A model generated the notes under the pieces. The model was not told where the DNA came from, searched no databases, and worked only from the letters and a program-made list of their open reading frames with translations. A program made the translations under genes and the position numbers. This document shows positions 55,437 to 59,282 of a stretch of 59,282 bases of DNA, piece by piece; the first letter of the stretch is position 1; each line of letters opens with the position of its first letter. The DNA lies in the IMG/VR virus record IMGVR_UViG_3300047560_000851, positions 1 to 59,282 of that record. One strand, given 5' to 3'. Origin of the DNA: a virus (taxonomy: Duplodnaviria; Caudoviricetes).

Positions 55437-55624
55437 TACCATCTCCCAATTAAACCAAGGAATAAGAATGCAGCTAGACCCCAGCCGAGCCACATCATTA
55501 CCTTATGAAATCTACTCTCTTTTTCTACCGCATCCTCATACCCAAATGCTTCTCGTGATGTGCGTGGAAAGTAATAGTCGTATCTGTTATATCCGTAGTA
55601 ACGCTCTCTCATTTCATCTCCCAT
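55436..55624 (-). CDS. Small membrane protein
   Basis: FPRT.REAFG followed by a C-terminal TM helix. Confidence 0.65.
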   Translation of the reverse strand: MGDEMRERYYGYNRYDYYFPRTSREAFGYEDAVEKESRFHKVMMWLGWGLAAFLFLGLIGRW

Positions 55625-55827
55625 ACATCGTAGACTTCTGTTGTACCATCAATAGGCTCGCAGTCGTTAAGTATATCCATCACAATATCAACTGCCTTAT
55701 CTGCATCTTCCGCCATGACCGTCTCTTTATATAACGCTGTGCGTTTAACGACTACCGTATATAAGCTGTGTCCTTCAGGGGTGTGCGTCTCACTCATGCT
55801 CTCTCCAATGTCTAACATATTTGACAC
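55609..55827 (-). CDS. Hypothetical protein
   Basis: Probable start ~55797 with RBS GGAGAGAG. Confidence 0.6.
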   Translation of the reverse strand: MSNMLDIGESMSETHTPEGHSLYTVVVKRTALYKETVMAEDADKAVDIVMDILNDCEPIDGTTEVYDVWEMK

Positions 55828-55892
55828 TCATCACGCTTAATGCACCCAATGTAAAGGGTATCCAGTAGCACTGAATGTACTCAATAATTGTT

Positions 55893-56186
55893 TTAATCAT
55901 TTGACTTGTTGCCTTCGCCCTTGCTTCGACCAACAGCCTTAACCAAACGATAAACAACCTTATCTTCTTTCAATCCAAGCCACTTGCAAAGAATTTTAGG
56001 CATCCATTTAGGGCTTTCCATGATGATTGAATAGTGAGTTACTATTTCATCGCGCTGGTCTTCAGTAATGTATCCTTCCGCGCACAATGCATGAATTGTA
56101 TTAACAAATGAATTATTTAAATGCTGCTGAAACTCAACAGGCTCAAATACGTATGACATTATTTCTTCTCCTTTACCCATAGACAA
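55893..56186 (-). CDS. Hypothetical protein
   Basis: In-operon ORF; probable start 56159. Confidence 0.6.
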   Translation of the reverse strand: MSMGKGEEIMSYVFEPVEFQQHLNNSFVNTIHALCAEGYITEDQRDEIVTHYSIIMESPKWMPKILCKWLGLKEDKVVYRLVKAVGRSKGEGNKSND

Positions 56187-56353
56187 TCAAAGAATACCCG
56201 CATCATCCATCTAGCAAACCAATTAGGCTCGCGCCCCTTGTCAGGAGTCCAGATGATACCTGTTAGTCCAGGTCGATTGCCGAATAGATAGCAACTCCAC
56301 TCGGATTTCTCAGGCACATATAGAAACGAATACTGTGGTTTTTGTTCTTCCAT
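56159..56353 (-). CDS. Hypothetical protein
   Basis: S.W.CY.FG...PNWF.RWM; RBS GGGAGAGAG. Confidence 0.65.
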   Translation of the reverse strand: MEEQKPQYSFLYVPEKSEWSCYLFGNRPGLTGIIWTPDKGREPNWFARWMMRVFFDCLWVKEKK

Positions 56354-56362
56354 TCTCTCTCC

Positions 56363-56593
56363 CTAGCCGATAGCCCTAACTCTAGGCTGCATAATCTTGC
56401 GACACCGTTCTTTAACAACAATAGGATAGTCAGGACTAATCTCAGCCAAGCGACAATCGTATACCATTTCTATCTTTGGTATTGGTGCTTTGTTTAAGTC
56501 TACATAAACTTCGTGCGCAAGTGCTGTCAAAACTGCTGCGCTTCCTAGAACTGCAATAATTCCTATTAAAAAATCCGCTTGTGGTTTGGTCAT
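56363..56593 (-). CDS. Membrane-anchored protein (YDCRLAEISPDYP)
   Basis: N-terminal TM; RBS AGGAGAGAG. Confidence 0.65.
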   Translation of the reverse strand: MTKPQADFLIGIIAVLGSAAVLTALAHEVYVDLNKAPIPKIEMVYDCRLAEISPDYPIVVKERCRKIMQPRVRAIG

Positions 56594-56737
56594 TCTCTCT
56601 CCTAGAATAGTGGGTTATCCCAATCAGGGTGGTCAAGTGGAAGCTGAGGGGGATCGGGCGGGTATTTTACTGCCCCTGTTGCATGGAAGTCAAACAATCT
56701 AACAACATTCCCCTCATCATCCAGTAGTGCATACCGC

Positions 56738-57151
56738 TTAATCGAAGACAGTCGTAATCTTGCGCTCGATTTCTCCGAAGTATCTGAGCTTTGTTCCTGA
56801 TAGTTTTGTTTCATTGTCCCCATCATCCTCACCTACTCGGTAAAATTCTACTGACAATCCTGCATTAACAGCGTCTATCATTAAGCGTTCCCATTCCTGC
56901 ACCTCGTCGTGTATGTCATACCACTTATACCACTGCAATCGTAATACGATGCACTTTAAGTCAACTGTATCGTTATGCGTTACATCGTACCCCATGTCAT
57001 TATGGAAGTACACGCGCCCCGCAAAGCTGATATTGTTTCGCGCCTTGAACGCCATGTAGGCTACATTCTTATCTGCCACCTCGTCAGTGAAACGATTGAC
57101 TTCGTTACGCTCACCATAAATCAGGCAGACTACATCACTGCGATAGCCCAT
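56738..57151 (-). CDS. Hypothetical early protein
   Basis: MGYRSDV..., KWY, F.R.GED..D.E pattern. Confidence 0.7.
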   Translation of the reverse strand: MGYRSDVVCLIYGERNEVNRFTDEVADKNVAYMAFKARNNISFAGRVYFHNDMGYDVTHNDTVDLKCIVLRLQWYKWYDIHDEVQEWERLMIDAVNAGLSVEFYRVGEDDGDNETKLSGTKLRYFGEIERKITTVFD

Positions 57152-57153
57152 AG

Positions 57154-57729
57154 TTAATCCCGCGAGTCTACGTAGTCAATCATATCCCTGATGTCTTTCT
57201 GCAAGTCTTTGATGGCTGTCGTGAGTTTCTTAGGTTTGTTCTCAATCTTGTTAAGGTTGGCAATCTGCTGTTCTAAGTTTGAAATACGGTCAAAGATTTG
57301 GCTATCCGTTAAGTTTGCAGCGTCAACGCCCTTGATAAATACTTTGGTTTCGATATTTTTATCTGCCACTTTTGTTTCTCCTTGTGTGTTAATTGTTGCA
57401 TTGGTTACATAAGTACCGCCGTTTGAAATGGGTACTGAGTTTGTTGATACTGCCATCGTACCGATAGCTGTTGATGTTGATACTAATGACATCGGATGTT
57501 CCTTTACTCTATATCTAGATTGAATTCCATCGTATTCGATTTGCCCTAGACCCTGTAGTTTTAGTGCTATAGCATTTCGTTTACGTCTGTGAATAACTGC
57601 AAGGTCTCCGATTCTTACGCCACTATAAAACCTAGTGATTAAATCGCGTATCTCTTGGGGAGTCCACGCAAACCCGTGGTTTGCAGCTTGTTCGTCTGGA
57701 TTAGATGGCTCGAAGTATTGCCATTCCAT
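57154..57729 (-). CDS. Hypothetical protein (N-terminal Myb/HTH-like, C-terminal coiled coil)
   Basis: N.G..WT..E...L...F......LA..H.R...AI..KL. Confidence 0.65.
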   Translation of the reverse strand: MEWQYFEPSNPDEQAANHGFAWTPQEIRDLITRFYSGVRIGDLAVIHRRKRNAIALKLQGLGQIEYDGIQSRYRVKEHPMSLVSTSTAIGTMAVSTNSVPISNGGTYVTNATINTQGETKVADKNIETKVFIKGVDAANLTDSQIFDRISNLEQQIANLNKIENKPKKLTTAIKDLQKDIRDMIDYVDSRD

Positions 57730-57730
57730 A

Positions 57731-57937
57731 CTACTCAGCCTTGTCTTTGATGTTATGTGCCTTTTCTACTGCTCGCGCAATGTCAAGTAGTGTCATGGTT
57801 GGTTTGATAATAGCCTTTAGCTTGGCTTCGGTCAGTGGTGTACCACTTGCTGCTTTCTTACCTGCATAGTAACCTCGTGCGTAGATTACGCCTTTAGCTT
57901 GTTCAAATGGCATCTTAGTTACTGATTTCTTTTTCAT
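57731..57937 (-). CDS. Hypothetical protein
   Basis: In-operon ORF; ARAVEKAHNI. Confidence 0.6.
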   Translation of the reverse strand: MKKKSVTKMPFEQAKGVIYARGYYAGKKAASGTPLTEAKLKAIIKPTMTLLDIARAVEKAHNIKDKAE

Positions 57938-58143
57938 ACTATTCTCCTAAAGATTTTAACTGCATCTACTGCTCTAATCGCGTAGCCTGTCCATAACTTC
58001 ACATCGGCATAGCTATCGCACTTATCCCCATCAACCTTAAAGTCTGTATACGCTTGCCTGTAAGGATGTGGTTCTGCCCTAAATCTAAAACAACTAACAC
58101 GCGATGGGCACTCGTCGTTCATACACATTGAAATGTCTGGCAT
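57934..58143 (-). CDS. Small Cys-containing phage protein
   Basis: MPDISMC....CP....C.RF.A. Confidence 0.65.
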   Translation of the reverse strand: MPDISMCMNDECPSRVSCFRFRAEPHPYRQAYTDFKVDGDKCDSYADVKLWTGYAIRAVDAVKIFRRIV

Positions 58144-58146
58144 AGC

Positions 58147-58338
58147 TTAACCTCCTGATGACTGCTGTTTGTTTACCTGCTCACGCATATCCCTCTGCTG
58201 CTCGCCCTGCACATACAGGTACAATCGCTCGGTCATATGCCCTAACTCGGTATACTCGTCTGAATTAACATTGATAATGCCCGTGTCTTGCATCATCTTC
58301 CCGAACATCTTGGCATGCTTATTGTCTAGCTTTTCCAT
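58147..58338 (-). CDS. Hypothetical protein
   Basis: In-operon ORF. Confidence 0.55.
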   Translation of the reverse strand: MEKLDNKHAKMFGKMMQDTGIINVNSDEYTELGHMTERLYLYVQGEQQRDMREQVNKQQSSGG

Positions 58339-58516
58339 GGTCTATCCTTTTCCAAAAGTCCTCAACTACTTGGTCTGCCCATTCCGCAGGTAGCCTACTT
58401 CTTGTACAGTTATCCGACCCTGCTACGGCAACCGCAACATCTACCCATAACTGCATGGCAAGCTGCTTGTAGTCCATCTCGATAGGTTTATCCTTGCGTT
58501 TGATTTGCTTACGCAT
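58319..58516 (-). CDS. Hypothetical protein
   Basis: TAATG-coupled to the GATase gene. Confidence 0.6.
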   Translation of the reverse strand: MRKQIKRKDKPIEMDYKQLAMQLWVDVAVAVAGSDNCTRSRLPAEWADQVVEDFWKRIDHGKARQ

Positions 58517-59282
58517 TATGCTGCAACCTTATCGTTCACGGCTTCTGCGTTCATGTAGTTACCATATGCAATACCATCGAATAACTCTAGTATCTGCACA
58601 TCTGTAATCGAACCATCTTCAAGGGCAATCAATAAGTCCTCTGCCTCGTATGGGTCTTCGCGGTAATAGTCAGCTAACTCGTCATGTGTCAAGGTCGAAT
58701 AAGACTCGTAGTATCTACGCTTGGTTAATGTATCCATGAATAACTCAGCATACTGCATCTCGATTGAGTCGTCGTCATACGCTACACTATAAGTCAATGA
58801 TGATTTAGTCTTCTTACCTACTGGCTCATAGTAATCATCTTCATATCCATTCCAACCATAGCCTGCGTTCCAGCCCTTATAGTTACCACCATAGTAACTG
58901 TTGTATGGTTTGACTACGCCAGCCTTAGCTGCACTCCACGCATAGGTGTTAGACATCCACACATCACCCCACATCACACCGCTATCCTTATTGAATGTCA
59001 TTGTGTTGCCGTGTGCATCCATCATCACGAACTTATTACTTGAACCGATATGGTCTTCGATAAGGTCTTGAAACCACTTAGACATGAACTGCTCTGGTCG
59101 ACCTGCTAGTGCTGGGCGAATGATGTCGTTAATATAGTGCCATGTGTCAGACTTCTTGGTATCTTTTGCATTACCTGTGGATAACACGCCATTGTGCATG
59201 AGCCATAACGGATAACCATCAGCCTCGCTAAACACTTGGTATGGGTGGCAGTTATCTAAGTCGATGTCGCCATGAGTACGCA
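58516..59282 (-). CDS. Class II glutamine amidotransferase, 5'-truncated at the window edge
   Basis: Frame stays open to the edge and reads RTHGDIDLDNCHPY..LMHNGVL...SDT...SN; N-terminal Met-Cys segment absent. Confidence 0.85.
   Translation of the reverse strand, partial: RTHGDIDLDNCHPYQVFSEADGYPLWLMHNGVLSTGNAKDTKKSDTWHYINDIIRPALAGRPEQFMSKWFQDLIEDHIGSSNKFVMMDAHGNTMTFNKDSGVMWGDVWMSNTYAWSAAKAGVVKPYNSYYGGNYKGWNAGYGWNGYEDDYYEPVGKKTKSSLTYSVAYDDDSIEMQYAELFMDTLTKRRYYESYSTLTHDELADYYREDPYEAEDLLIALEDGSITDVQILELFDGIAYGNYMNAEAVNDKVAA

Noticed and set aside
246-59282. Most short antisense ORFs in the six-frame track
   Set aside because: They lie opposite well-supported genes and lack RBSs or recognisable motifs.
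1-59282. Prophage with att sites, or alternative genetic code
   Set aside because: No integrase, host genes or terminal att repeats. Long genes are intact under the standard code and all three stop codons are used.

Overview
This window looks like a near-complete, circularly permuted genome of a ~59 kb podovirus-type tailed phage. It has no integrase, RNA polymerase, reverse transcriptase or CRISPR array that I can see. Family names come from motifs I recognise by eye, not from database searches. The + arm (~4.6-40.8 kb) encodes terminase, portal, a lysis region with an odd secreted Cys-rich module, scaffold, P22-like major capsid, adaptor/nozzle proteins, five paralogous fibre/receptor-binding genes and three ejection proteins. 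The - arm (40.8-59.3 kb, continuing into 1-3.9 kb) encodes primase-helicase, an SSB-like protein, SNF2 helicase, VRR-NUC, a PD-(D/E)XK exonuclease, family A DNA polymerase, an HslV-like peptidase, many small early genes and an amidoligase plus class II glutamine amidotransferase pair that is split across the window ends. Transcription appears to rely on host sigma70-type promoters. The most unusual signals are non-coding. (1) A promoter- and terminator-bounded two-hairpin RNA between terL and portal has loops complementary to the GGAGAG/GGGAGATG ribosome-binding sites used on the early/replication strand, so it is a candidate anti-Shine-Dalgarno early-to-late switch. (2) A promoter-driven tRNA-like fold without a normal anticodon arm or CCA sits in the exonuclease leader. 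(3) Further structured intergenic RNAs and an iteron-rich origin candidate are also present.
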